Assembly: GCA_041664625.1 (NCBI GenBank)
Contig: JBAYKK010000003.1
Span: 4,331 to 68,330 of the forward strand
Direction: 5' to 3'
DNA: 64,000 bases
From: Minisyncoccota bacterium
GTDB lineage: Bacteria > Patescibacteriota > Minisyncoccia > Phycocordibacterales > WO2-35-19
Shown: in pieces, positions 45,905 through 55,086 of the stretch
Position numbering within the stretch: the stretch's first letter is position 1
Layout: each line of letters begins with the position of its first letter
Notes under the pieces: model-generated
Told to the model about the DNA's origin: nothing
The model's database searches: none
The model's input: the letters and a program-made list of their open reading frames with translations, nothing else
Position numbers and translations under genes: made by a program

Positions 45905-46909
45905 TCAGATTTTAAACTCTAAAATGTCGCCATCTTTTACGATGTATTCTTTGCCTTCGGTACGGAGGAGGCCCTTTTCACGAGCGGCACCATATGAGCC
46001 GACTTCAAGTAGTTTGTCCCATTCTATAACTTCGGCTCGTATAAATTTATCTTTGAAATCAGTGTGTATGGCCATACCCGCGACAGGTGCTGTCGAGCCT
46101 CTCTTCACGGTCCAACCACGAGTCTCGTCTTCACCGGTAGTGAAATAAGTGATGAGGTCCAAAGTTTCGTAAGCTTTTTGGATCAAATCGTTCAGACCTT
46201 TTTCAAAAATCGGGTCAACTTCAACATAAGGGCCTGGCAAATTTTTTTCAATTCCAGTCTGATTTTCGGAAACTTCAGAAGTATTCAAAACATATAAAAC
46301 TGGCTTCATAGTCAAAAGTTGCATATTTTTAACAAATATTTTTTCTTCTTTTTCTAATTCTTCAAATATTTTTGATGCAAAATTTTCAGCCTCTAGAGTT
46401 TTGCTGACTTTTTCTAAAGCACTTTTTTCAATCAAGGCTTCCTTCACTCCTTTTTTGACATCTTTTTCTAGGCTACCTAGTCTTTTGTTTACGGTTTGTA
46501 GGTCTGCCAAAATTAATTCTAAATTTATAGTTTCAATATCCGAAAGTGGGTCCACTCGACCCTCAACATGCAAAATTTCTTTGTCTTCAAATATGCGCAC
46601 TACTTGCGCGATGGCGTCGCATTCTCTTATATGTTGCAAAAAAGCGTTGCCCTTGCCCTCGCCTTTGGATGCGCCTTTGACTAGACCCGCGATATCGACG
46701 AATTCTACTACTGCCGGTACTTTTTTTTTGGACTTAGAAAATTCATTGAGTTTTTCGAGCCGTTCGTCCGGCACAGGGATGATCCCTATGCTCGGGTCTA
46801 TAGTACAAAATGGGTAATTTTCGGCCGGTACACTTTTTTTGGTAAGTGCGTTGAATAGTGTGGACTTGCCCACGTTTGGTAGCCCGACGATACCGATACT
46901 TAAACTCAT
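45905..46909 (-). CDS. ychF: ribosome-binding ATPase YchF (Obg family)
   Basis: GIVGLPNVGKSTLFNALT Walker A, C-terminal TGS domain; strong similarity to YchF N-terminus. Confidence 0.9.
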   Translation of the reverse strand: MSLSIGIVGLPNVGKSTLFNALTKKSVPAENYPFCTIDPSIGIIPVPDERLEKLNEFSKSKKKVPAVVEFVDIAGLVKGASKGEGKGNAFLQHIRECDAIAQVVRIFEDKEILHVEGRVDPLSDIETINLELILADLQTVNKRLGSLEKDVKKGVKEALIEKSALEKVSKTLEAENFASKIFEELEKEEKIFVKNMQLLTMKPVLYVLNTSEVSENQTGIEKNLPGPYVEVDPIFEKGLNDLIQKAYETLDLITYFTTGEDETRGWTVKRGSTAPVAGMAIHTDFKDKFIRAEVIEWDKLLEVGSYGAAREKGLLRTEGKEYIVKDGDILEFKI

Positions 46910-46935
46910 ACTCTATTTATAACACAAAAACTCCC

Positions 46936-46962
46936 CGTGAGGGGAGTTTTTGGAGACAAATT
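46936..46962. terminator. perfect 10-bp hairpin, bidirectional terminator
   Basis: aaaactcccc-gtga-ggggagtttt. Confidence 0.65.
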
Positions 46963-46968
46963 TATTTT

Positions 46969-47148
46969 TTAATATTCAGAATATATTTGTCGATGCGAAG
47001 AAACTTGTCGCTTCATGCGACGAGCAGCTTTGCGTAGATAATGTTGGATGTCTAATCGTCGTGGCATTGAATCCACCGTCCTGCCATCACCATACATCAC
47101 CCAATTCTTGTCCCTTGCGACATTTATGTCGCGTGTTTGTGTGCTCAT
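46969..47148 (-). CDS. possible small basic protein (59 aa), uncertain
   Basis: Minus ORF MSTQTRDINVARDKNWVMYGDGRTVDSMPRRLDIQHYLRK... ending at the hairpin terminator; weak RBS; region is GC-enriched with palindromes. Confidence 0.25.
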   Translation of the reverse strand: MSTQTRDINVARDKNWVMYGDGRTVDSMPRRLDIQHYLRKAARRMKRQVSSHRQIYSEY

Positions 47149-47214
47149 GATATTAATTGTTAGTTATTAATACACCTTTATTTTTTATGAACTAATTTGT
47201 TTTGCCTTTGAGTT

Positions 47215-47400
47215 TTATCTGATATTGCCCGTCAGAAGAGAACTATTTTCAGGGTAAGTGACATTGGTATCGCTTGTTACAGATGAATTTTCAGTTGATA
47301 ATGTCTGGACAGAAGTAACATTTTTTTTGATAAACAAAGAAACGATTAAAATAATTGGTAATATCACAATCATTCCTAACATGGCGATATTTTTGTTCAT
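47215..47400 (-). CDS. small membrane-anchored protein
   Basis: 61 aa, single N-terminal TM, ATGA overlap with the upstream PAS gene (translational coupling). Confidence 0.35.
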   Translation of the reverse strand: MNKNIAMLGMIVILPIILIVSLFIKKNVTSVQTLSTENSSVTSDTNVTYPENSSLLTGNIR

Positions 47401-47978
47401 ATTATTTTTTTTAGTCCATTAATCTCTTTTTCTAATTTTTCGATATAAACTTCCAGTTTGTTTGCTCTCTGAGCCATCGTTTCTTCAAATTGCTTGGTGT
47501 GACGAGCCAGCATTTCTGCTACATCCATCATTTCGGTGACGTCTTCCATGGCTAGTAGTATGATGGGCGGGAATGACGCCGAGCCGGTCTCTCCTTGGAT
47601 ATAAATTTGCCGAGCGTTGAGGATCATTATTTTATTTCCAATAAGCGGAAACTCGTGAGTAACTTCGAAACCTTTGAAAAAGGTGTCTTTTGATAATATG
47701 TCTTCCAGCAATTTTTTGAGCGAAGGAATGTTCCATTGGCCGTTTCCTAGTTGGTACACGATTTTGTTTTCGGTGTCTTTGGGTTTTACTTTGAAAGTCA
47801 GATAAAAAGGTTCATTGGCTACCATAACTCTGAAGTCTTTATCAAGAATCAAGACTGGCTCCCGTACAACATCTACTACGCTTTTGATGTATGTCCAACT
47901 TTTTTCCCATAGATGATCAACAAAACTGCTGTTAACAGATCTAAGAATTTGTTTTGCTTTATTTTTTGTTATTTCCAT
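47397..47978 (-). CDS. PAS-domain protein with C-terminal coiled coil
   Basis: 193 aa; PAS-like core (VLILDKDFRVMVANEPFYLTF...); heptad-repeat C-terminus. Confidence 0.5.
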   Translation of the reverse strand: MEITKNKAKQILRSVNSSFVDHLWEKSWTYIKSVVDVVREPVLILDKDFRVMVANEPFYLTFKVKPKDTENKIVYQLGNGQWNIPSLKKLLEDILSKDTFFKGFEVTHEFPLIGNKIMILNARQIYIQGETGSASFPPIILLAMEDVTEMMDVAEMLARHTKQFEETMAQRANKLEVYIEKLEKEINGLKKII

Positions 47979-48005
47979 ATAAATAAAACCGTTTGGAAAT
48001 CAAAA

Positions 48006-48227
48006 TTATTGCAAAACAAGGTTAGATTCTGTTTCGTATTGAGCTTGATCTTGCTCCATACATGCTAAACATTCTGTGAAATGCACAGGCACTTCTACCT
48101 CATCATTTTGGTCGAGGTATTTGGGTCTTTCAAGATGCCACGAATTTTTATAATAAAAGGTTAAGCATTTTTTACACATGGTTAAGCCTTTAAAATTTCG
48201 TCCGATAGATAATATTTTTTTAAACAT
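48006..48227 (-). CDS. small zinc-ribbon protein
   Basis: 73 aa; CKKC...CLAC pairs. Confidence 0.4.
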   Translation of the reverse strand: MFKKILSIGRNFKGLTMCKKCLTFYYKNSWHLERPKYLDQNDEVEVPVHFTECLACMEQDQAQYETESNLVLQ

Positions 48228-48233
48228 ATATTT

Positions 48234-48269
48234 TTTTTAATTATTAATATTATATTAAACTTAATATAA
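48234..48269. promoter_or_regulatory. perfect 16-bp inverted repeat (candidate operator)
   Basis: attaatattatattaa-ac-ttaatataatattaat immediately upstream of the Zn-ribbon/PAS operon. Confidence 0.4.
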
Positions 48270-48381
48270 TATTAATATTGTATTATCAAAAAAACATAAG
48301 TCAATACAAAATATACCTATATTGTATGAATAAGGTGTTTATAATCTGTTAGTAATTTAATGTAAGCTTAATATACGGAGT

Positions 48382-49620
48382 TTACACCTTATTTACTGGT
48401 AAAATAACACTAAAAACACTTCCTTTGTTTTTTATACTTTTTACGTTGACTTTGCCTCCATGAGCTTCCGCTACCCATTTCACGATGGATAATCCCAGAC
48501 CCGTATTTTCATGACGACCATGAGATTTATCTGCCATATAAAATCTTTCAAATATACGAGGTAAATCTTCTTTTGCAATACCGATACCATTATCGGTTAC
48601 GTTTATTATGATAAATTTGCCTGACTGTTTGGCTGAAATTTCAGTGTGTCCTCCGATCTTGCCGTAAGTGACAGAATTTTTGGTGAGATTGGTTAGCATC
48701 TTTTCCAAATACGTCTCATCTCCCCAAATCGTAATGTTTGGTATTTTTTTTACGATTATGGAAATTTTTTTCTTATAAGAAATTGTTTTAGATTTTTCAG
48801 CAACATGATTAATCAAAGATTTTAAATTTACTTCTTTAAAAATGATTTGGTCTTTCAAATTTTCGGCTCCTGAGGTTAGTATACTCAAATCGGAAATTAT
48901 TTGAGATAAATGTTTTATCTCGTGGTCAATAGAGTGCAAAGCACGCTCAGGTTTTATTTTTTTAAAACCACTTTTGAGGGCTAGATCTACGTTGCCTTTT
49001 ATTATGGCGATTGGGGTACGGAGTTCATGAGTGGCATTAGCGATGAATTCCGTTTTTATCTTTTCTTGCTGGAGAAGTTTCCATGTGTATTTAAACATCT
49101 CCGTTCTTTTGAGGTTATCGTATTCTTTTTGGGTAAAATCGCGGATAGTGATAGCTTGGGCTGTGATGTTACCCAACGAAATAGACAATTCTTTGTCGCC
49201 TTCAGTGAAGATATGTTTTTGTTTGTAGCATAAAATCAAATTGCCATATAAGTATTTGTTGTATGTAATAGGTATTATCACATAACTTTTCATATAGGGA
49301 CTGACATCATATTTTTTTTCATAATTTTCTTTTTTTACATTTTCGACAAATATCGGAGTTCTGTTTTTCATAGCCTCAAAGTTACCACCTCTTTCTCTTG
49401 GTAATTGGGGAATGTATGGCAGATCGGCACTTTTATAAGCTAAGTGATACTCCTCGTTTTCAGTTGAAGTTTTCCACCAAGCAAAACCAAAATCTGCTTC
49501 AAAAATTTTTAAGCCGACTTCAGTAAATTTCTCAATGATTTTTAGATTATCCAATTCTGTCAATGAGTCCAACATTGTTTGATTCAGAAGAGTGATTTTT
49601 TTTAGTATTATTTGATCCAT
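48382..49620 (-). CDS. cytoplasmic sensor histidine kinase
   Basis: H-box ATHELRTPIAIIKGNVDLAL, HATPase_c; ~190-aa N-terminal sensor (GAF/PAS-like); no TM. Confidence 0.8.
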   Translation of the reverse strand: MDQIILKKITLLNQTMLDSLTELDNLKIIEKFTEVGLKIFEADFGFAWWKTSTENEEYHLAYKSADLPYIPQLPRERGGNFEAMKNRTPIFVENVKKENYEKKYDVSPYMKSYVIIPITYNKYLYGNLILCYKQKHIFTEGDKELSISLGNITAQAITIRDFTQKEYDNLKRTEMFKYTWKLLQQEKIKTEFIANATHELRTPIAIIKGNVDLALKSGFKKIKPERALHSIDHEIKHLSQIISDLSILTSGAENLKDQIIFKEVNLKSLINHVAEKSKTISYKKKISIIVKKIPNITIWGDETYLEKMLTNLTKNSVTYGKIGGHTEISAKQSGKFIIINVTDNGIGIAKEDLPRIFERFYMADKSHGRHENTGLGLSIVKWVAEAHGGKVNVKSIKNKGSVFSVILPVNKV

Positions 49621-49647
49621 ATACTACAAAATAACAAAAACTGTACC

Positions 49648-50316
49648 TTACTCTTTTAAAGTGAAACCTACACCTCTGATAGTGTAGATTAGGGGTTTGT
49701 TTTTTTCCCCGTCAATTTTGCGACGAAGGTATCTGATATGAACATTGAGTTCATGATTTGGTTCTTTAAAATTTGGCCCCCATGCGTAATCAATCAATCT
49801 CTTTCTGTTTATAGCTTCTCCTTGATTGGATATTAGTATATCCAAAAGTTTGTATTCTTTTGGAGAAAGAGAAATGATTTTGCCAGCTCGGGTAACTTCG
49901 TGCTTCTTTTTGTCCATTATCAAATCAGCTATTTTAACAATGTCTGAATCGGTTTTTTTACGACGACGCAAAACGGCGCGGATCCGAGCAGATAACTCTT
50001 TTAGGTCAAAAGGTTTTATAAGATAGTCGTCAGCACCAGCATCAAATCCAGCTACCCGCTCTCCTATACTATCCATGGCAGTGATCATGATAATTGGAGT
50101 GTGGATTTGGTGTTCTCTAAGTTCTTTACAGACAACAAGACCATCCTTTTTGGGGAGCATTATATCCAAGAGGATCATACTGTAATTGTTGGTCATGGCT
50201 TTTTGCAAACCGTCTTCTCCGTCGTAAGAGACATCGACAGAATAGCGCTCATTTTTTAGCGCCCTTTTTAATATATCTACCAACTTCTTTTCGTCTTCAA
50301 TGATTAATATTGCCAT
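49648..50316 (-). CDS. OmpR-family response regulator
   Basis: REC domain (D...D...K) plus C-terminal winged-helix trans_reg_C. Confidence 0.85.
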   Translation of the reverse strand: MAILIIEDEKKLVDILKRALKNERYSVDVSYDGEDGLQKAMTNNYSMILLDIMLPKKDGLVVCKELREHQIHTPIIMITAMDSIGERVAGFDAGADDYLIKPFDLKELSARIRAVLRRRKKTDSDIVKIADLIMDKKKHEVTRAGKIISLSPKEYKLLDILISNQGEAINRKRLIDYAWGPNFKEPNHELNVHIRYLRRKIDGEKNKPLIYTIRGVGFTLKE

Positions 50317-50427
50317 AGGTTTAACAGTAGTGTAGCGCTTGTGGTGGAATTTGCAAGATATATTAACATAATATTAAATTATACACAATTTATAAACAAC
50401 TTACAAACATTGTAGCGCAATGTTTAT

Positions 50428-50456
50428 TTGACATTGATTAATTGTGAGATTAATAT
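50428..50456 (+). promoter_or_regulatory. consensus-like sigma70 promoter TTGACA-17-TAATAT, preceded by 7-bp palindrome aacattg-tagcg-caatgtt (50405-50425)
   Basis: Hexamers and spacing read directly from the sequence, upstream of the ECF sigma gene. Confidence 0.45.
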
Positions 50457-50512
50457 TATTAAATTATTATTAAATTCTGTAATAAGCCCATAATATTAAT
50501 AGCTTATAATCT

Positions 50513-51049
50513 ATGACTCAAAAAAAAGAAGCTCAACTAAATGCAGTATTGACCAATGCACACCGTGAATATGGCACAGGGCTTAATGCTTATGCTTTTT
50601 CCAAAGTTCATAATCAAGGAATGAGCGATGATTTAGTTCAAGATACTTTTATAAAAACTTGGCGTTTCCTTGTCAAAAAAGGCAAAGTGCATATGATGAA
50701 AGCTTTCCTTTATCACGTTTTGAACAGGTTGGTGATTGATGAATACCGGAAACGCAAGATCGCTTCTCTTGATGTCCTTACAGAAAAAGGCTTTGAACCA
50801 AGTATTGATGATTTAGAACAACATTTTGATGTTTTGGATGGGAAAATACTAATAACATTGATTGATTATTTACCAGAAAAATATCAAAAAGTCATGAAGA
50901 TGCGGTATATAAAAATGTTTTCACTCAAAGAAATATCTCTTATTACTGGAGAAACCAAAAATACCATTGCTGTACAGATACACCGAGGACTTAAGAAACT
51001 CAAATTTTTATATGATAATTCCCTCTCCTCTGAAGTGGCCTCCAAGTAA
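50513..51049 (+). CDS. ECF-type RNA polymerase sigma factor
   Basis: Region 2 (DLVQDTFIKTWR) and region 4 HTH (LKEISLITGETKNTIAVQIHRGLKKLK). Confidence 0.75.
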   Translation: MTQKKEAQLNAVLTNAHREYGTGLNAYAFSKVHNQGMSDDLVQDTFIKTWRFLVKKGKVHMMKAFLYHVLNRLVIDEYRKRKIASLDVLTEKGFEPSIDDLEQHFDVLDGKILITLIDYLPEKYQKVMKMRYIKMFSLKEISLITGETKNTIAVQIHRGLKKLKFLYDNSLSSEVASK

Positions 51050-51106
51050 TTATTTTTTGTCTATCTTGGTCTGAAGGATCCTCTCGAGTATTCAAGGTAT
51101 TTCTTA

Positions 51107-51679
51107 TCATTTTTTGGATTTGTTTTCACTTAGCTCACCAGTTATGGGGTTAAACTGGATCCAAACACTTTTGCCAACCGAAGGCGAAACTGTCATGGGC
51201 TCACTGACTCCGCGTTCGGCGAAATTGGCTACCGCTTGGCCATCTATTATATTTATATTTTGAGGGGCTATACGATCACCCAAAAATAAAGCGCTGGTAC
51301 CTTTGTATATACCGTTATAATTTATAGCTTCAACTACATAAAAAAACGTACCACTACCGCCAGTTTGTCGAGTAATAAACATTACTGCGTCTTCCAATTT
51401 GTCGCCCGTGAGATCTCCGTAAACCGGTTCCCCAAAAACTCTGACTACTTCTTTTGAGACTGAACCGGGGGCTCCCGGTTTTTGCACTTCACCATTTTTA
51501 AAAGTATAAATTTGTCCGTCGATGGTGAAAGAAATATTTAGTGGATCATTTTTAATGACTTTTTCTTCGGTTTGGCGCAATATAAAATTGACCAAAGGGT
51601 TTACCCAATATTTTTGAGTGAATATTAGTCCGAGCCCAATAATAATAAGTATGAGTAATATGATCTGGATAGTTTTCAT
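51107..51679 (-). CDS. membrane-anchored/secreted hypothetical protein
   Basis: Start at MKTIQIILLILIIIGL (signal/anchor); beta-rich; convergent with the ECF sigma gene. Confidence 0.45.
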   Translation of the reverse strand: MKTIQIILLILIIIGLGLIFTQKYWVNPLVNFILRQTEEKVIKNDPLNISFTIDGQIYTFKNGEVQKPGAPGSVSKEVVRVFGEPVYGDLTGDKLEDAVMFITRQTGGSGTFFYVVEAINYNGIYKGTSALFLGDRIAPQNINIIDGQAVANFAERGVSEPMTVSPSVGKSVWIQFNPITGELSENKSKK

Positions 51680-51774
51680 TTGATTAGTCTTAGTAAAATA
51701 GGTAAAAGAAAAATTAAAAATAATTATACCACTGTTTGTAGATTTAAACATTCTACTTGTGTTAATATATTTGT

Positions 51775-52422
51775 ATGAAATATTTTATCTCTACTTTGCC
51801 TAAAAATATTGCCAAAAGTTTTAGGGGTAAAAATCTTTATTGGCACATTTTGGCTATCATTGCTACGGCCCTGATCGTCACTTCTGGTTTTGATTGGTAT
51901 TACTTTGTGGAAACCCGAGGTTTTTATTTGGAAAAGTTTTTTTCACCCGCTATCGCTATTGGTGCCATCTTGCCTATGTTTGGATTACCTATTTTGCTCT
52001 TGATTGGCTGGATTACAAAAAACAAACAGACAAGAATATTGGCTTGGGTTTTGGGTCAGGCCGCTTTCGCTGGGTGGTTCGTTTCTTCTGCTTATAAAGC
52101 TTTGACTGGGCGTATCCAACCCCCAACTTCAACTCTTTTGGATATTAGTCGTCAATTTAATTTTGGTTTTTTTAAAGAAGGGGTTTTTTGGGGTTGGCCA
52201 TCGTCGCATACTACGGTTGCTTTCGCTATGGCTTTTGCTTTGATCACTCTTTATCCTAAAAATAAAGTAGTGGTAGTATCGGCTGTTCTTTATGCTCTGT
52301 ATATAGGTATTGGCATCTCTTTTGATATTCATTGGTTTTCCGAATTTATAGCCGGTGCTATCATCGGTACTGTTATTGGTATAGTAGTGGGTAAAAATTT
52401 TGACTCTAAAACTTTTAGTTAA
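51775..52422 (+). CDS. PAP2-family phosphatase (membrane)
   Basis: GWPSSHT (PSGH motif), SFDIHWFSEF (SR...H...D motif); 5-6 TM. Confidence 0.7.
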   Translation: MKYFISTLPKNIAKSFRGKNLYWHILAIIATALIVTSGFDWYYFVETRGFYLEKFFSPAIAIGAILPMFGLPILLLIGWITKNKQTRILAWVLGQAAFAGWFVSSAYKALTGRIQPPTSTLLDISRQFNFGFFKEGVFWGWPSSHTTVAFAMAFALITLYPKNKVVVVSAVLYALYIGIGISFDIHWFSEFIAGAIIGTVIGIVVGKNFDSKTFS

Positions 52423-53200
52423 TATCTTTCAAATAAGCGAGTGCGCCGTAGAGCCCACCAAAATCGCCAAGCTCTGATTTTTTGATGAGTGGCAATTCGG
52501 GGAAAATTTTTAAAATTTCTTTCAAATAATTTTCAGTTTTATCTAGAGGTATAGCTGGATTGCCAGTGATCATCGAACCACCCAAAACGATACAATCTGG
52601 TGACCACTCTACTATTATATTGTTTAATCCTATTGCCAAAAATTTAGCATGTTCTGTCCAAACATCTTGGTCAGTGATTTCTTTTGGGTGTTTGCCTGTC
52701 TTTTTTTGTAAAGCTTTACCAGAAATCATTTCTTCTAAAGTTTTGTTTACTCCGTTTTCAATATCTATGATTTGGTGCCCAGGTTCAAAACCAATAGCTC
52801 TTTCGTCTATTTTGCCATTTACAATCCTTACTCCACCAACACCAGTCGAAACCGTGATGTAAGCTACTATTTCAAAACCCTTACCAGCGCCCCAACTAGC
52901 TTCGCCCAGACCAACTATAGCCGAATCGTTTTCTATAAAAACATCGCCACCCAATCTTTTACTTAAGTCTTCTTTTAATTTTTGCTCGTTCCAATCGGCG
53001 ATACTGCGACTCATACCACCCACTATTTTTTTGATTTCTCGGCCTTGAGCTAAATCTTGTGCGGTAGCTACAAACAAACTCACAATCTCTTCATAATTTT
53101 GGACAGTAGTAAAAACTTTGGGTTCTTCAAAAGTTTCGCCATCTGCTGAAAAAGCTATTCTGGTTTTAGTCGCTCCGATATCAAAGAGGATTGAGTTCAT
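52415..53200 (-). CDS. BadF/ROK-type sugar kinase (putative glucokinase/GlcNAc kinase)
   Basis: N-terminal LFDIGATKTRIA phosphate-1 motif, ASKHA-fold length; downstream of pgi. Confidence 0.55.
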   Translation of the reverse strand: MNSILFDIGATKTRIAFSADGETFEEPKVFTTVQNYEEIVSLFVATAQDLAQGREIKKIVGGMSRSIADWNEQKLKEDLSKRLGGDVFIENDSAIVGLGEASWGAGKGFEIVAYITVSTGVGGVRIVNGKIDERAIGFEPGHQIIDIENGVNKTLEEMISGKALQKKTGKHPKEITDQDVWTEHAKFLAIGLNNIIVEWSPDCIVLGGSMITGNPAIPLDKTENYLKEILKIFPELPLIKKSELGDFGGLYGALAYLKDIN

Positions 53201-53204
53201 ATTT

Positions 53205-54221
53205 TTATTGTGATTTGCTAATATTTTTTTTGTATTCTTCTACTGCGGGCTGATCGTAGGGATTAATCTCAAGTAGTTTGGCCAACTCCAAAGTCACGTT
53301 TATCATAAAAGCCATAAAAATCCCCAATTCTCTTTCGGTTATTTTGTCCATCTCATATTTCATAAATGGTAAACCGGCTTTGTCATAAGCTTCAGAAACA
53401 TTTTTGTAAGCCACTGCGCTTATACTTCCCTCGATTTCATTTTTGGATTCTATAAAGACAGTGAATCTATTTTTGGGCCCACCCAAATAAAGCTCGAGCA
53501 TTGAATGTAAATCAGTAGGGCCGATAGAAACTGTCGGAGTGATGAGCGACAAACTTTCGGCAATGAGTTGGCGGCACCACTTACCCAAATCTTCGAGTTC
53601 AGAATTGAAAATAAAAAAATCTAAAATATTTAAACCTTGTTTGTAGTTATCAAAAATATTTTGAGCAAGTTTTTCTTGCTCGTCCCGCGAAGCTTCAGCG
53701 GAGTGAGACCCTTCTATAAAATCTTCAATATTTAAACCCGCAATAGAGAGTACGGTAGTATGAGCTATAGTAAAAGCGCTGAAACGTCCACCCACTTCAC
53801 CTTCCCCGCCTGCTATGCCAGCTTGGCGGGCAGGCCATTCCTTTTTTTCAATTTCTTTTTCTTCGGCTATTTGCCAAAGCGGACTATTTTTGGTTGTTAT
53901 GATAAGGGTTTGATTTTTTATTAATTCATCAAATTTTTGGTATAAAATATCAAAAATCTTTTTAAAAGTTTCTAGAGTCTCTACGGTTTGGCCAGATTTG
54001 CTGATCGCTATTAAAACTATTTCTGACAAATCGTTTATTTCATTTTTGACAATGCTCTCTATTTCTTCATATTCACGTGTATCGGGAGATTCGAGGAAAA
54101 ATAATTTTTTGTCGACTTCGGGTTTGTGCAAAGTCATCGCGTTCCATACCGCTTTGGAAGCCAAATCAGATCCACCGATACCAACTACAAATATAAATTT
54201 AGAATTTTTGTATTTTTCCAT
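53205..54221 (-). CDS. pgi: glucose-6-phosphate isomerase, short SIS-type (PGI/PMI)
   Basis: GIGGSDLASKAV and EVGGRFSAFT PGI signatures. Confidence 0.7.
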   Translation of the reverse strand: MEKYKNSKFIFVVGIGGSDLASKAVWNAMTLHKPEVDKKLFFLESPDTREYEEIESIVKNEINDLSEIVLIAISKSGQTVETLETFKKIFDILYQKFDELIKNQTLIITTKNSPLWQIAEEKEIEKKEWPARQAGIAGGEGEVGGRFSAFTIAHTTVLSIAGLNIEDFIEGSHSAEASRDEQEKLAQNIFDNYKQGLNILDFFIFNSELEDLGKWCRQLIAESLSLITPTVSIGPTDLHSMLELYLGGPKNRFTVFIESKNEIEGSISAVAYKNVSEAYDKAGLPFMKYEMDKITERELGIFMAFMINVTLELAKLLEINPYDQPAVEEYKKNISKSQ

Positions 54222-54277
54222 ATAGTTTATAATAACTCACCCTATCATCTCTTACAACCAGAGCGGGAAAAATGAAA

Positions 54278-54301
54278 GGGCCGTCGCGTTAGCGACGGCC
54301 C
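54278..54301 (-). terminator. perfect 10-bp GC hairpin terminator
   Basis: gggccgtcgc-gtta-gcgacggccc followed on the minus strand by TTTCATTTTT. Confidence 0.65.
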
Positions 54302-54512
54302 ACGGATTATGCCCTTGTATCTACTTGTTTTCCTCTCCTTTTTTGGGAGGCGAAGTTTTTTGCACGTCATCATCCGACGATGCCTGGGTTTTCGGAAATG
54401 CACTCGGCAAGTCCTGGACCCTGGTGGTCTTAATGGGGGTCGTTCTTGCCCCCCAAAACACACTGAAACTCGGCGGACTTTGCAATGAGCCTTTCATCTT
54501 CTCTTTTCCTTT

Positions 54513-54980
54513 CTAGTGAACACTCGAGGTGGAAACCTCGAAAAATTCGAGCTTGCCAGTCTTTGGCCGGTTCTTGATGACGATCACCTTCTCGCTCACG
54601 ATCGGGCAATAGAAGAAGATCTTGAAGCTCAACCCCAAGTTTGGGAAGCGCTTCCTCAGGGCGTTGTGAATCGTATTATTGACCGATTCCTGCTCGCCTC
54701 TGTTCGTTATGCCCGGACAGAACAAGATTAGGGGCTGACCCTTCTTGTTCTCGGACAAGAACATCCGGAAGATGTCTCCCATACTGATCTCCCTCCGGTG
54801 GTTGACCACCTTCGGGACGACGGCGACCACCTCCGGCTTGAACGCCGGCAACTTGGTGGACGACCTCAAGGTCGCTCTTGAAATACCCGCTGTAAAAGTT
54901 GACACTACTCTTACCTCTTGTTTGGAATAGAACAGAACCTGAAATAAAATATTACACTCATTAAAATAGAAGTCAAGCAA
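54513..54980 (-). CDS. hypothetical protein in GC-rich island (probable horizontally acquired gene or gene remnant)
   Basis: ~52-55% GC; strong G/C bias at codon third positions over ~54513-54900 in this frame; no domain recognised; AT-rich N-terminal part may not belong. Confidence 0.35.
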   Translation of the reverse strand: MLDFYFNECNILFQVLFYSKQEVRVVSTFTAGISRATLRSSTKLPAFKPEVVAVVPKVVNHRREISMGDIFRMFLSENKKGQPLILFCPGITNRGEQESVNNTIHNALRKRFPNLGLSFKIFFYCPIVSEKVIVIKNRPKTGKLEFFEVSTSSVH

Positions 54981-55086
54981 GGCAAACTGGGGATTACCCA
55001 GTAGTAGATTTTGGTATTATGCTTCGCATTTGCACAAAGTGCGATACCAAAATTCACTACTGGGATTACTCAGGCTTAATTTGGGG

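Noticed and set aside
54245-54463. Track ORF of 72 aa, extremely basic (RPPLRPPGSRTCRV...)
   Set aside because: Arg/Pro-rich translation typical of reading a GC-rich non-coding or other-frame sequence. No period-3 GC3 signal.
54300-54512. Riboswitch, RNase P RNA or SRP RNA upstream of pgi
   Set aside because: GC-rich, with a terminator right before the pgi start, but none of the conserved motifs are present (RNase P GGUAAGAGCGCACC / ACAGAACCCGGCUUA, SRP GGAA...AAGCAGCC, TPP/FMN/glmS cores). The region is better explained by a short P/S/T-rich ORF plus the terminator of the upstream GC-rich gene.
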